Shown here one piece after another: positions 8,197 through 16,641 of a DNA stretch of 64,000 nucleotides. The notes below the pieces were generated by a model. The model was not told the DNA's origin. It saw nothing but the letters and a program-made list of their open reading frames with translations, and ran no database searches. The stretch is from assembly GCA_963753005.1 (NCBI GenBank), contig CAVWAM010000001.1, positions 457,773 through 521,772 on the forward strand, given 5' to 3'. The DNA comes from an uncultured Acidobacteriaceae bacterium (lineage in GTDB: Bacteria > Acidobacteriota > Terriglobia > Terriglobales > Acidobacteriaceae). The position numbers and the translations under genes were made by a program. Positions within the stretch are counted from its first letter, which is position 1, and the number at the start of each line of letters is the position of its first letter.

Positions 8197-10554
8197 TCAC
8201 GTCGGCGTCCTCAGCAGCAGATACCCGCCCACCAGCCCGAACAACACATCGGCGGACCATGCGGCCATCGCTGCGGGCAGGTAATTCACATTGCCCATAG
8301 CCCCGAAAAGCCCATCTACCACCCAGTAGGCAAGCGCCACGGCGATGGCCACGGCGATGCCGGCGAGCGAGCCTCGGCGGCCCATCGACAGCGCAAAGGG
8401 AATCGCCAGCACCGCCATGACCACAGCAATCAGCGGGAAGGCGAGCTTGTGCCACAGGGCGACGCTCAGGCGCTTGGTGTCGAAGCCGCTTTGCCTCAGG
8501 TCGCGGATGTAGCGGTCGAGCTGGCCAAAGCTCATCTCCTGCGATTGCAGATCCTCTTTCTTGAAGTAGTCCGGCCCTGGGTGGATTTCGGGAAACGATG
8601 TCTCGAGGAATGTCCGGTACGTCGTAACGTTGGCGCCCTGGATGCCGCGCGCCCACCCGTTCTCGAAGCGCCATGTGCCGGAATCGGCGTCCCATACGGC
8701 TCTCTTTGCAAAGATGCGCCGCGTCAGTTCGAAGGCCGAAGGATCGAACTCGAACACGGAAAGATTGGCGAACTCATTGCTGTCGGGATCGAAGAACTCG
8801 TAGTAGTAAATGCTGCCCGGCTCGCCGGGCAGCGGCTTGGGGCCAAAGATCCACTTCTGCTCGGGATGCAGGAACGTCTGCGGCGGCCGGCCCTTGATCA
8901 CGTTGCGCAACGCCTCCTGCCTGCGGTTGGCCTGCGGCAGATAGTACTGGTCGAAGAGGAAGAGGCTCACGGCCAGGCACGCCGTGATCGACACAATGGG
9001 AATCACCAACCGGTAGAGGCTGATGCCGGTGGCCTTCATGGCCACGATCTCGCTGTTGCGGTTGAGCACGCCGAAGGTTGCCAGTGCGGCGATCAGAACG
9101 GCCAGCGGCGCAATCTGGTAAAGCATGCTGGGAGTGAGATTCAACAGATACTCGCCCACGATGCCGAGCGCGATGTGGTTGCGCAGAATGTCGCCGATCA
9201 GATCGAAGAACGTAAAGACAATCATCAGCAGCACAAACCCGGCCAGAACCAGCAGGAACATGCCCACAAACTCGCGCACGATGTACTCGTCGAGGATGCG
9301 CGGAAAGATTCCGCGGGACCGTGCCTTAGCCGCTGCGCCGCCTCGCGTCTGGAATCTGTCGAGAAGTCCGCTGAGCGGGAATCCATCCGGCTTGACCGCG
9401 TCCGTGATTCTGGACGGCCGCGCGATCCACGCCGAGATGGCGCTCAGAATCCGGCCGCCCGTCGCCATCTGCCACAGCAGAAAGGTTCCCGCCGCGGCAA
9501 AGAGCAGGTTCGCCGACCACACCGCGAAAAAGGCTGGCAGTTTGCTCTGATGGCCGAGAGCAATGCCCGTGGACGAAAGAAAGTAGTAGACGAACACCAG
9601 CAGAATCGTGAACACGAATCCCGAACTCTTGCCGCCGCGGCGCGAGGCTACGCCCAGGGGAACGCCTACCAGCATCAGCACCAGGCAAGCGGCGGGAAAG
9701 GCGAACCGGTTGTGCAGTTCAATCAGGAATCGCTTGTCGCCGGGGCCGTGGATGCGGCCGAGCAACGCGCTCAAGGGCATGGCATACAGCGCCGTGTCCA
9801 TGCGCCCCAGGTGCACGTCGTTCTGCTGCCCCAGCACCAGCGGCAGATCGGTGGTCGTGAACGTGGAGATATTGGACTGCCCCGGCTGGTCGGCCACGGT
9901 TTCGTCGCGCACGCCGTCGCGCAGCCGCATCAGCAGTTCCTCCGTGTTGTCGGTCACCACGGTGGCGGAGGCGGCGGTAGTGATGATCGGATTGGCGGGG
10001 TCAGAGACGTCGGCCATAAAGACCTGGCGCCAGTTGGCCGCACCCGTGCCCGAACGCACGTCCTGCACATAGAGAACGAAATTGCGAAAGTCTTCGTAGA
10101 AGACGCGCGGCTCAATCTCGTAGGAGGCCTGCAACGTCTCCAGCGACTGCTGCAGATCGATGATCGCCTGGTTGGCGCGGGGCGCGAGATAAAGCGAGTT
10201 GCCCAGCCCCAGCAGCGTGCCCGCAACGGCCACAATCGACGCCACGCGCACAAAGTAGCCGATGCCCAGCCCCGACGCGCGCATGGCGATGATCTCGCTG
10301 TCCGAGGCCAGCCGGCTCAGGCCCAGAAGCACGCCCCACAGCACCGCCATGGGAATCGTCACTTTGAACAGATTGGGCAGCGTGAACAGGAAAACCTGCG
10401 CCGCGTCGGCCCACGTCGAGCTGCTCCGCACCACCACCTCCAGGATGTGCGGCAGCAGCGGCATGAACAGAATGAACGTGAAGAGCGCGCAGCCGATCAG
10501 CGTGAGGGAGAGAATCTCGCCGAGAATGTAGCGGGTGAGGATGCGCACAAACAT
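8197..10554 (-). CDS. lptFG: Fused LptF-LptG-like LPS export permease (two YjgP/YjgQ halves in one ORF)
   Basis: 785 aa. The first half starts MFVRILTRYILGEILSLTLIGCALFTFILF. The second half starts near residue 410 with FPRILDEYIVREFVGMFLLVLAGFVLLMIVFTFFDLIGD. Both starts look like LptF/G N-termini, and each half is about 390 aa. Confidence 0.8.
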   Translation of the reverse strand: MFVRILTRYILGEILSLTLIGCALFTFILFMPLLPHILEVVVRSSSTWADAAQVFLFTLPNLFKVTIPMAVLWGVLLGLSRLASDSEIIAMRASGLGIGYFVRVASIVAVAGTLLGLGNSLYLAPRANQAIIDLQQSLETLQASYEIEPRVFYEDFRNFVLYVQDVRSGTGAANWRQVFMADVSDPANPIITTAASATVVTDNTEELLMRLRDGVRDETVADQPGQSNISTFTTTDLPLVLGQQNDVHLGRMDTALYAMPLSALLGRIHGPGDKRFLIELHNRFAFPAACLVLMLVGVPLGVASRRGGKSSGFVFTILLVFVYYFLSSTGIALGHQSKLPAFFAVWSANLLFAAAGTFLLWQMATGGRILSAISAWIARPSRITDAVKPDGFPLSGLLDRFQTRGGAAAKARSRGIFPRILDEYIVREFVGMFLLVLAGFVLLMIVFTFFDLIGDILRNHIALGIVGEYLLNLTPSMLYQIAPLAVLIAALATFGVLNRNSEIVAMKATGISLYRLVIPIVSITACLAVSLFLFDQYYLPQANRRQEALRNVIKGRPPQTFLHPEQKWIFGPKPLPGEPGSIYYYEFFDPDSNEFANLSVFEFDPSAFELTRRIFAKRAVWDADSGTWRFENGWARGIQGANVTTYRTFLETSFPEIHPGPDYFKKEDLQSQEMSFGQLDRYIRDLRQSGFDTKRLSVALWHKLAFPLIAVVMAVLAIPFALSMGRRGSLAGIAVAIAVALAYWVVDGLFGAMGNVNYLPAAMAAWSADVLFGLVGGYLLLRTPT

Positions 10555-10614
10555 GCCCTGCGCTTAGTTTAGCGTGCCGCCTCGCCGGCGCGGTACATTG
10601 ATGGTGCCTGGCCG

Positions 10615-10658
10615 GAAGCGGTTTTGAAAGGGCGCGAGTTTACTCGTGCCCTAAACGC
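10615..10658. repeat. REP-like palindromic unit (GTTTTGAAAGGGCRCGAGTTTACTCGTGCC family)
   Basis: gaagcggttttgaaagggcgcgagtttactcgtgccctaaacg. Same family as the two tandem copies at 14851-14936. The core is an inverted repeat, CGAGT/ACTCG extended. Confidence 0.85.
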
Positions 10659-10729
10659 ACAATATAACTGCGGCTTTAGCCGCTGTGGGATGTTCCTTTG
10701 CAACTGACCCGTTTGGAGCGGTTGGTTGA

Positions 10730-10766
10730 CTCGCCAACTCGCTAACTCGCCAACTCGCTAACTTGC
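10730..10766. repeat. Tandem array of 8-bp units (CTCGCCAA/CTCGCTAA)
   Basis: CTCGCCAACTCGCTAACTCGCCAACTCGCTAACTTGCC. The copA stop codon (10742-10744) and its last ~7 codons lie inside the array. Confidence 0.9.
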
Positions 10767-13078
10767 CGTATTTCCGGCTGCCACCCTCGCAGCCGCAAAC
10801 TGTTCCCCAGCACGCACACCGAGCTCATCGCCATCGCCGCGGCGGCCAGCCACGGCGTGAGCAGAAGGTGAAACGCGGGATACAGCAGCCCGGCGGCAAG
10901 TGGAATGCCAATCAGGTTGTAGCCCACCGCCCATCCCAGGTTCTGCCGCATGATCCGCAGCGTCTGGCGCGCCAGCGCCAGCGCGGCCGGAATCCCGCCC
11001 GGCTCCGTGCGCAGCAGCAGCACGTCTCCGGCCTCCTGCGCCAGGTCCGCGCCCGTCCCCATCGCGATGCCCGCGTCCGCCTGCGCCAACGCCGCCGCAT
11101 CGTTGATCCCGTCGCCCACCATCGCGATCCGCAGCCCAGCCTTCTGCATCTCGCGAATGCGCGCCAGTTTCCCCGCCGGATCGAGGCTGGCTTCCACCTC
11201 CGTGATTCCCGCCTGCCTCGCGATCGGCGCCGCCGCCTCGGCCGAGTCGCCGGTCAGCATCAGCACCCGAAGCCCCGCTTGACGCAGCGTAGCCATCGCA
11301 CTCGCCGCCTCCGGCCGCAGCGCATCGCGCGCATCGAAATACGCGGCAGGCGCGTTGTCCAATGCCATCCACAACCGCGTCACGCCCGGCTCCGCAACCT
11401 CAACATTGCCCGGAAGCGCGATCCCAAACTCCCGGAACATCGCCTCATTCCCCAAAAGGCAATCGTGCCCTTCCACGCGCGCGGTCAGGCCGCGGCCGGG
11501 CAAAATCTGCGCATCCTCCGCCGCCCTCCACTCGATCCCCCGCCCGCGCGCGGCATCGACAATTGCATGCGCCAGCGGATGATTCGATCGCTCCTCCGCC
11601 GCAGCCGCTATCCGCAGCAGCTCGTATTCTCGCTCCCTAGTCCCTACGTCCCTAGTCCCTGCCGGGGTCCCCGGCGAGCGGTCCGTGCTCGCTGGGGTGG
11701 CTAGTCCCTGTACTTTTTCCAGCACCGGCCGCCCCACCGTCAGCGTCCCCGTCTTGTCCAGCACAATCGCGTCCAGATGCCCCAGCCGCTCCAGCGCCTC
11801 GCCGCCCTTGAACAGCACGCCAAGCTGCGCGCCTCGGCCCACGGCCACCGTCAGCGCGGCAGGCACGGCCAGGCCCATCGCGCACGGGCACGCGATAACC
11901 AGCACCGCCACGGTATTCGCCAGCGCCGGCGGCAGCGAGCGCGCCGCCACGAGCCACGCCACAAACGTGATCGCCGCCAGCCCCAGCACCACCGGCACAA
12001 AAATCGCGCTGGCGCGGTCGGCCAGCCGTTCCATCGGCGCGCGCGAGCTTTGCGCCTGGTCCACCATCCGCGCAATCTGCGCGATCACCGTCTGCTCGCC
12101 CAGCGACTCCGCCCGGCAAACCACCGCGCCGTCGTAGTTCAGCGAACCCGCCAGCACGCGCCCGCCCACGCCGCGCTCCAGCGGCGTCGGCTCGCCCGTC
12201 AGCATGGACTCGTCCACCGTCGTGCGCCCCTCCAGGATCGTCGCGTCCACCGGGAAGCGCTCGCCGGGCAGAACCACCACGCTGTCGCCCGGCCGCACCT
12301 CATCGAGCGGCACGACGGTCTCGACGCCATCCACCAGGCGCCGCGCGGTCACCGGCCGCAGCCGCGAAAGTGAATCGAGCGCCGCCAGCGCTCTGCGTTT
12401 CGCTCGCCCTTCCAGCGCCTTGCCCAGCAGCAGAAAGCCGAGAATCAGCAGAACCGCGTCGTAATAAATCTCGCGTCCCCGCTCTGGCGCCACCGTCGCA
12501 TACGCCGAATACACGAACGCCACTGCGGTCCCCAGGCTCACCAGCGTGTTCATGTTGGTCGAGCCGTGGCGCAGAGCGCGCAGCGCGCTCGCATAGATCC
12601 CGCGCCCCGCCCAGGCGGCAACCACCGCCGTCATCGCCAGCAGAAACCAGCGCACACCGTCCGCCGGCAGCGCATAAAGCCACGGAAGCAGGCGCATCGC
12701 CAGGCGGTCCGGCCCGCTCATCTCGGTTCCCAGTGGCATGGCCAGCAGCATCGCCACAAATCCCGCCGCCAGCGTCACCCCCGCCTTCAAGTCCGCGCCC
12801 GCCGCCGCATCCTCGGCCCGCGCTGCTCCCTCGCCCGTGCGCGGCAACACGGCATCGTACCCCGCTCCGCGAATCGCTGCCACCAACTGCTCGGGCGCGG
12901 CCAGCGCCGGGTCAAACACCACGCTGGCCCGATGCGCCATCAGGTCCACGCGCGCTTGCTCCACGCCCGCCGTCGCGCGCAGCGCCTCCTCCACGTGATG
13001 CTGGCACGAGGCACAGGTCATGCCCAGGACCGGTAGGGTTAGCGATTCTCTAGTGTGCGCGGCCACGACTGGCTCCAA
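10742..13078 (-). CDS. copA: Copper-translocating P1B-type ATPase
   Basis: 778 aa. N-terminal HMA domain GMTCASC, then CPC in a TM helix, DKTGTLT, SNHPLA and GDGINDAAAL. Carries an in-frame repeat insertion (11634-11710). Confidence 0.95.
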   Translation of the reverse strand: MEPVVAAHTRESLTLPVLGMTCASCQHHVEEALRATAGVEQARVDLMAHRASVVFDPALAAPEQLVAAIRGAGYDAVLPRTGEGAARAEDAAAGADLKAGVTLAAGFVAMLLAMPLGTEMSGPDRLAMRLLPWLYALPADGVRWFLLAMTAVVAAWAGRGIYASALRALRHGSTNMNTLVSLGTAVAFVYSAYATVAPERGREIYYDAVLLILGFLLLGKALEGRAKRRALAALDSLSRLRPVTARRLVDGVETVVPLDEVRPGDSVVVLPGERFPVDATILEGRTTVDESMLTGEPTPLERGVGGRVLAGSLNYDGAVVCRAESLGEQTVIAQIARMVDQAQSSRAPMERLADRASAIFVPVVLGLAAITFVAWLVAARSLPPALANTVAVLVIACPCAMGLAVPAALTVAVGRGAQLGVLFKGGEALERLGHLDAIVLDKTGTLTVGRPVLEKVQGLATPASTDRSPGTPAGTRDVGTREREYELLRIAAAAEERSNHPLAHAIVDAARGRGIEWRAAEDAQILPGRGLTARVEGHDCLLGNEAMFREFGIALPGNVEVAEPGVTRLWMALDNAPAAYFDARDALRPEAASAMATLRQAGLRVLMLTGDSAEAAAPIARQAGITEVEASLDPAGKLARIREMQKAGLRIAMVGDGINDAAALAQADAGIAMGTGADLAQEAGDVLLLRTEPGGIPAALALARQTLRIMRQNLGWAVGYNLIGIPLAAGLLYPAFHLLLTPWLAAAAMAMSSVCVLGNSLRLRGWQPEIRQVSELAS
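11634..11710. mobile_element. Composite insertion inside copA: TAGGGAC-type short repeats plus a 39-bp hairpin flanked by a 10-bp direct repeat
   Basis: CTAGTCCCTG (11652-11661), then CCGGGGTCCCCGGCGAGCggtccgtGCTCGCTGGGGTGG (11662-11700), then CTAGTCCCTG (11701-11710). It is preceded by TCCCTAGTCCCTACGTCC. Translated as ...ATPASTDRSPGTPAGTRDVGTRE... Confidence 0.8.
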
Positions 13079-13087
13079 ACCTGCGGT

Positions 13088-13321
13088 TTATGATTCCAGA
13101 TGCGCGGTGTAACCGGCCTTGGCGATGGCCGCTATTGCCAGATCGATGGCCTGTTCGATCGGCGCGGGATCCTCGCTGGAAGTCAGCGTGGCCTTTCCCA
13201 CGCTCACCTCGTTCACCGCCACGCCGGGCGCGGAGGCGAGCGCCTGGCTTACTCGGCGCACACAGGAGCCGCAGTGCATTCCGTCGATCTTCAGTGTGAA
13301 CTCAGCCATTTCCCCTCCCAT
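13088..13321 (-). CDS. copZ: Copper chaperone CopZ (HMA domain protein)
   Basis: 77 aa. FTLKIDGMHCGSCVRRVSQAL contains the MxCxxC motif. Directly upstream of copA. The true start may be ATG 13309. Confidence 0.9.
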   Translation of the reverse strand: MGGEMAEFTLKIDGMHCGSCVRRVSQALASAPGVAVNEVSVGKATLTSSEDPAPIEQAIDLAIAAIAKAGYTAHLES

Positions 13322-13418
13322 CCGTCTCTATTTGATGATAGTGCCGTGCGCACGATTCCGCGCCGACCCGCGTTGCCACGCGCCGCCGCTGCCACACGAA
13401 TGTAGAAAGGCTCTGTGC

Positions 13419-13886
13419 ATGACAAGCAAAATCGAACGCGAATACCCTCAGGCGCCGCTCGTTGGCGTGGGCGCCGTCATCGTCTACCAGGACCGCGTGC
13501 TGCTTGTCCGCCGCGCCAACGAGCCGCTCAAGGGCCAATGGACGTTGCCCGGCGGCATGTTGGAGCTGGGCGAAACCCTCGCCCAGGGCGTTGCGCGCGA
13601 GGTCCGCGAAGAATCCGGCCTCGAAGTGGAGGCCGTCGAACTGGTCGAGGTTCTGGACCGCATCCATCGCGAAGCCGGCCGCGTCCGCTTCCACTACGTC
13701 ATCGCCGATTATCTGTGCCGCGTAACCGGCGGCACGTTGCGCGCAGCCTCCGATGCCGGCGCGGTTCGCTGGGTCGAGCGCGCCGAATGGAACAGCCACA
13801 GCGCCCTCGTCCTCGACCCCATCGCCGTGCGCGTGATCGAAAAAGGCTGGCAAAGAGCAAGGGCTCTCGGAAAGGAATGGCGATAG
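13419..13886 (+). CDS. Nudix hydrolase
   Basis: The ORF 13119..13886 has a spurious N-terminal extension. From ATG 13419 it reads MTSKIEREYPQAPLVGVGAVIV... and carries the Nudix box GGMLELGETLAQGVAREVREESGL. Confidence 0.85.
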   Translation: MTSKIEREYPQAPLVGVGAVIVYQDRVLLVRRANEPLKGQWTLPGGMLELGETLAQGVAREVREESGLEVEAVELVEVLDRIHREAGRVRFHYVIADYLCRVTGGTLRAASDAGAVRWVERAEWNSHSALVLDPIAVRVIEKGWQRARALGKEWR

Positions 13887-13890
13887 AGCG

Positions 13891-14796
13891 ATGAAATGGC
13901 TATGGAGAGTGCTTTGGACCGTGCCTGTGCTGGCGTTGATTGCCGGCATCGGTTTCTACATGCGCCCGGTCCGTTGCTTCAATGCCTGGATGTTTCTCCG
14001 GGAGGATTTCAGCGGCGTCCAGAGCCGCTCGGTGCGCGTCGCCGGCTATCGCATGCACTATCTCGCCGAGGGCCCGGCATCCGGCCCCGCCGTCGTTCTC
14101 GTGCACGGGCTCGGCGGCCGCGCCGAGGATTGGCTCAATCTTGCGCCGTGTTTGACCAGGGCGGGCTTTCGCGTCTACATGCCCGACCTCATCGGCTACG
14201 GGCGCAGCGAGCGGCCGCCCGATTTCTCCTACTCCGTCCGCGACGAAGCCATCCTCGTTGTCGGCTTCATGGATGCGCTCGGTCTCAAGCAGGTCGAGCT
14301 TGGCGGCTGGTCGATGGGCGGGTGGATCGTTCAGCTCATTGCCCAGGAGCACCCCGAGCGAGTCAGCCGGCTGATGCTCTTCGATGCGGCCGGTCTCGAC
14401 GTAAAGCCGTCGTGGGATACCAGGCTCTTCACGCCAACCACGCCCGCCCAATTGGCCGCGCTGGACGCTCTGCTCATGCCCCATCCGCCGCGGGTTCCGG
14501 CGTTCCTCGCGCGCGATATTGTGCGCCTCTCGAACAGGAACGGCTGGGTGGTCAAGCGCGCCATCGCATCCATGCTCACGGCGCAAGATGTGACCGACAC
14601 TCTGCTGCCGCAGCTCAAGATGCCGGTGCTCATCGTCTGGGGCTCTCTCGACCACATCACTCCGCTCGACCAGGCGCAGACCATGCACAAGCTTATTCCG
14701 CAATCCGAGCTGGACGTCTTCGACGGCTGCGGCCACCTGGCCCCGGACCAGTGCGCCGGCCAAATCGGCCCAAAGGTCGTCCAATTCGCGCAATAG
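13891..14796 (+). CDS. Alpha/beta-fold hydrolase with N-terminal TM/signal anchor
   Basis: 301 aa. Contains VVLVHGLGGRAEDW, the nucleophile elbow GWSMGG, and a C-terminal GHLAP. Confidence 0.8.
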   Translation: MKWLWRVLWTVPVLALIAGIGFYMRPVRCFNAWMFLREDFSGVQSRSVRVAGYRMHYLAEGPASGPAVVLVHGLGGRAEDWLNLAPCLTRAGFRVYMPDLIGYGRSERPPDFSYSVRDEAILVVGFMDALGLKQVELGGWSMGGWIVQLIAQEHPERVSRLMLFDAAGLDVKPSWDTRLFTPTTPAQLAALDALLMPHPPRVPAFLARDIVRLSNRNGWVVKRAIASMLTAQDVTDTLLPQLKMPVLIVWGSLDHITPLDQAQTMHKLIPQSELDVFDGCGHLAPDQCAGQIGPKVVQFAQ

Positions 14797-14850
14797 GGCC
14801 ACGACTTCACGCGCCGGCAAACGCAATCGCGGCGGGGTAGTGTCTCAGTT

Positions 14851-14936
14851 TGAAGTCGTTTTGAAAGGGCACGAGTTTACTCGTGACGCAAATTGAAGTC
14901 GTTTTGAAAGGGCAAGAGTTTACTCGTGCCGCAAAC
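14851..14936. repeat. Two tandem 43-bp REP-like units
   Basis: TGAAGTCGTTTTGAAAGGGCACGAGTTTACTCGTGACGCAAAT followed by TGAAGTCGTTTTGAAAGGGCAAGAGTTTACTCGTGCCGCAAAC. A third copy lies at 10615-10658. Confidence 0.95.
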
Positions 14937-14991
14937 GGCTATGAAAACGTGCTGGGCTTTATTGAGAACTGCATAAGGAATGTCCTGGCAG

Positions 14992-15081
14992 CCGCGCCGT
15001 AGGCGCAGTGTTTGTTAGCCCCGCGCTTTAGCGTGGGGAAAGCGGTATCCACAAATGCACTCCAGAGTCCCGTAGGGACGG
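14992..15081 (+). repeat. Dispersed ~90-bp element (CCGCGCCGTAGGCGCA...GTTAGCCCCGCGCTTTAGCGTGGGG...GTCCCGTAGGGAC)
   Basis: Near-identical ends and core to the reverse complement of 53748-53833. Contains two small hairpins. Confidence 0.85.
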
Positions 15082-15203
15082 CGCAAGGACAATACTTATG
15101 CAGGATTCAATAGCCCCTGAGGGATGGTTCCATCAAACTCAGGCACGACCCGCGGTGGGCTCCATTTGACGCCCTCCCACCCCCTCTGCGAGACTCACTC
15201 CCG

Positions 15204-15917
15204 ATGTCATACAGTGGAAAGCTTGAATTCGCCGGAGAGCGCAAAATCCGGGAGCGCAACACCCGCATCTACCGGATGGCGCACTGGCCGATCTGGATTT
15301 GGGTCTTCTTTCTCGCCCCGGGGCCCCTCACGTTCAGCCTCTTCGACCGCGGGTTTCATTGGGCCAATTGGGCTTGGCTTGCCGCGGTCCTCATGGGAAC
15401 CGGCATCGCCGGCCTGCGCGCGCAGTTGCCGGGCTGTGAGCATCGCCCCTATATCCTCCGCTTCGACGAAGACAAGCCCAACCCCCTCTACCGGCGCGTT
15501 TGCTACACCTTCGCCTGGAACGCCGTGCTCAACTTCGCCCTTCTCAACATCACCGGCCTCGTCATTGCCGTCACGCTCGGCATCTGGCGCCTCAAGCAGA
15601 TCTACTTCTACACCTACTCGCCGCTCTGCGCCCTCATCCTCCTCCTGGGCATTCTGGGCAAACTGCCCCGCGTCGGGCCCTCCACCAAGGACGAGGGCAC
15701 CGAGCGCCGCTACTTCTACGGCTCGGTCTGGGCCGTCACCGCCGCGCAGACCGTTCTGCTCGTCCTCTGGAAGGCGCTCCCTGAAACGCGCACCGGCAGC
15801 CTCGTCAAGCTGGTTGCCTTCGTGGGCGTGCTCGCCGTGATGGGCTTCGCCGCATCGCGCGGCCTGCTCCCCCGCACCCGCCCCATCGTCCCCGGCGAGC
15901 TCATGGTCTCCGACTAG
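15204..15917 (+). CDS. Hypothetical integral membrane protein (about 6 TM)
   Basis: 237 aa with good GC3 bias and several hydrophobic helices (WPIWIWVFFLAPGPL, WAWLAAVLMGTGIAGL, ALLNITGLVIAVTLGIW...). No family recognised. Confidence 0.6.
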   Translation: MSYSGKLEFAGERKIRERNTRIYRMAHWPIWIWVFFLAPGPLTFSLFDRGFHWANWAWLAAVLMGTGIAGLRAQLPGCEHRPYILRFDEDKPNPLYRRVCYTFAWNAVLNFALLNITGLVIAVTLGIWRLKQIYFYTYSPLCALILLLGILGKLPRVGPSTKDEGTERRYFYGSVWAVTAAQTVLLVLWKALPETRTGSLVKLVAFVGVLAVMGFAASRGLLPRTRPIVPGELMVSD

Positions 15918-15953
15918 TGTTCTGTCTCTGAAGTTCGCATCAAAAACAAAGCA

Positions 15954-16032
15954 GTCATCCTGAGCGGAGTTTGGCCCGCATTTGGGCCAAACGGAGTCGA
16001 AAGCCTGGCCTGAGCGAAGTCGAAGGGGACCT
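15954..16032. repeat. REP-like element family GTCATCCTGAGCGGAG-hairpin-GGAGTCGAAGG
   Basis: GTCATCCTGAGCGGAG-tttggcccgcatttgggccaaac-GGAGTCGAAAGcctggCCTGAGCGAAGTCGAAGGGGACC. A second copy lies at 18204-18248. Confidence 0.85.
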
Positions 16033-16589
16033 GCATTTGGGATGCACGATTGATGGGACAAACTTTGGGGACAGCACACTAGTTGGTTTGTTCCTGCCTC
16101 TTTGTCAACCCCTCCCGCTCACCCAACTGACCCTGTTTGCGTCTCCGCCTCTGCGCCTCGGAACCACTAACTCCATGTTTCGCCGTCAGTTACGCGCCGG
16201 CACAGATCTCCCATTGCAATTCTCAGATCCCTGCCACGACTTGCAGAGAATTCGCCTCATTTGTCGCACAATGGTTCCATGAGACGATCCCTCCAGAACG
16301 GCTTCATCGCCGCCCTCCAGCCCCGGTTCGCAGTTACTCAAAAACACCCCTACCCCCCTATACCGGGGCGGGGTATCAAAACGGCTCATTCCTCGGTCTA
16401 AGTCATTCAGAATCAATAACCGTCCATCCAAAAAGGCCTCAAACCGCGGCGATTTTCGTCGCCAAACGTCGCCAAACGTCACCCAAACCGCCTCGTTTGT
16501 CGCACTCGGCGTCGGCCTTCGTCGCGACGCGCCAGCCTGACAAGTGCCTGCTCCGGCGCCGTTCGCCGAATGACCGAATTCCACGTCTC

Positions 16590-16603
16590 GTGATTTAAAT
16601 CAC
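16590..16603. promoter_or_regulatory. Perfect 14-bp palindrome GTGATTTAAATCAC (CRP/FNR-family-like dyad) upstream of hypC
   Basis: GTGA-N6-TCAC, also readable as TGAT-N4-ATCA. Its centre is about 45 bp upstream of the hypC ATG. A TATAAC hexamer at 16627-16632 would fit a class II arrangement. Confidence 0.35.
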
Positions 16604-16641
16604 ATTTGACCATCGCTCCACGGAGGTATAACAAGGTTGCT

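Noticed and set aside
8449-10572. 707-aa plus-strand ORF antisense to lptFG
   Set aside because: Same reasoning. The composition is Arg/His/Gln-rich nonsense, whereas the opposite strand encodes a coherent membrane protein.
13119-13418. N-terminal 100-aa extension of the Nudix ORF
   Set aside because: It is antisense to copZ, and the Nudix domain sequence starts at ATG 13419.
16137-16598. ORFs of 153 aa (+) and 132 aa (-) in the gene-free region upstream of hypC
   Set aside because: They are Pro/Arg/Ser-rich, lack an RBS, show weak GC3 bias and overlap each other. I treat the region as non-coding leader or filler.
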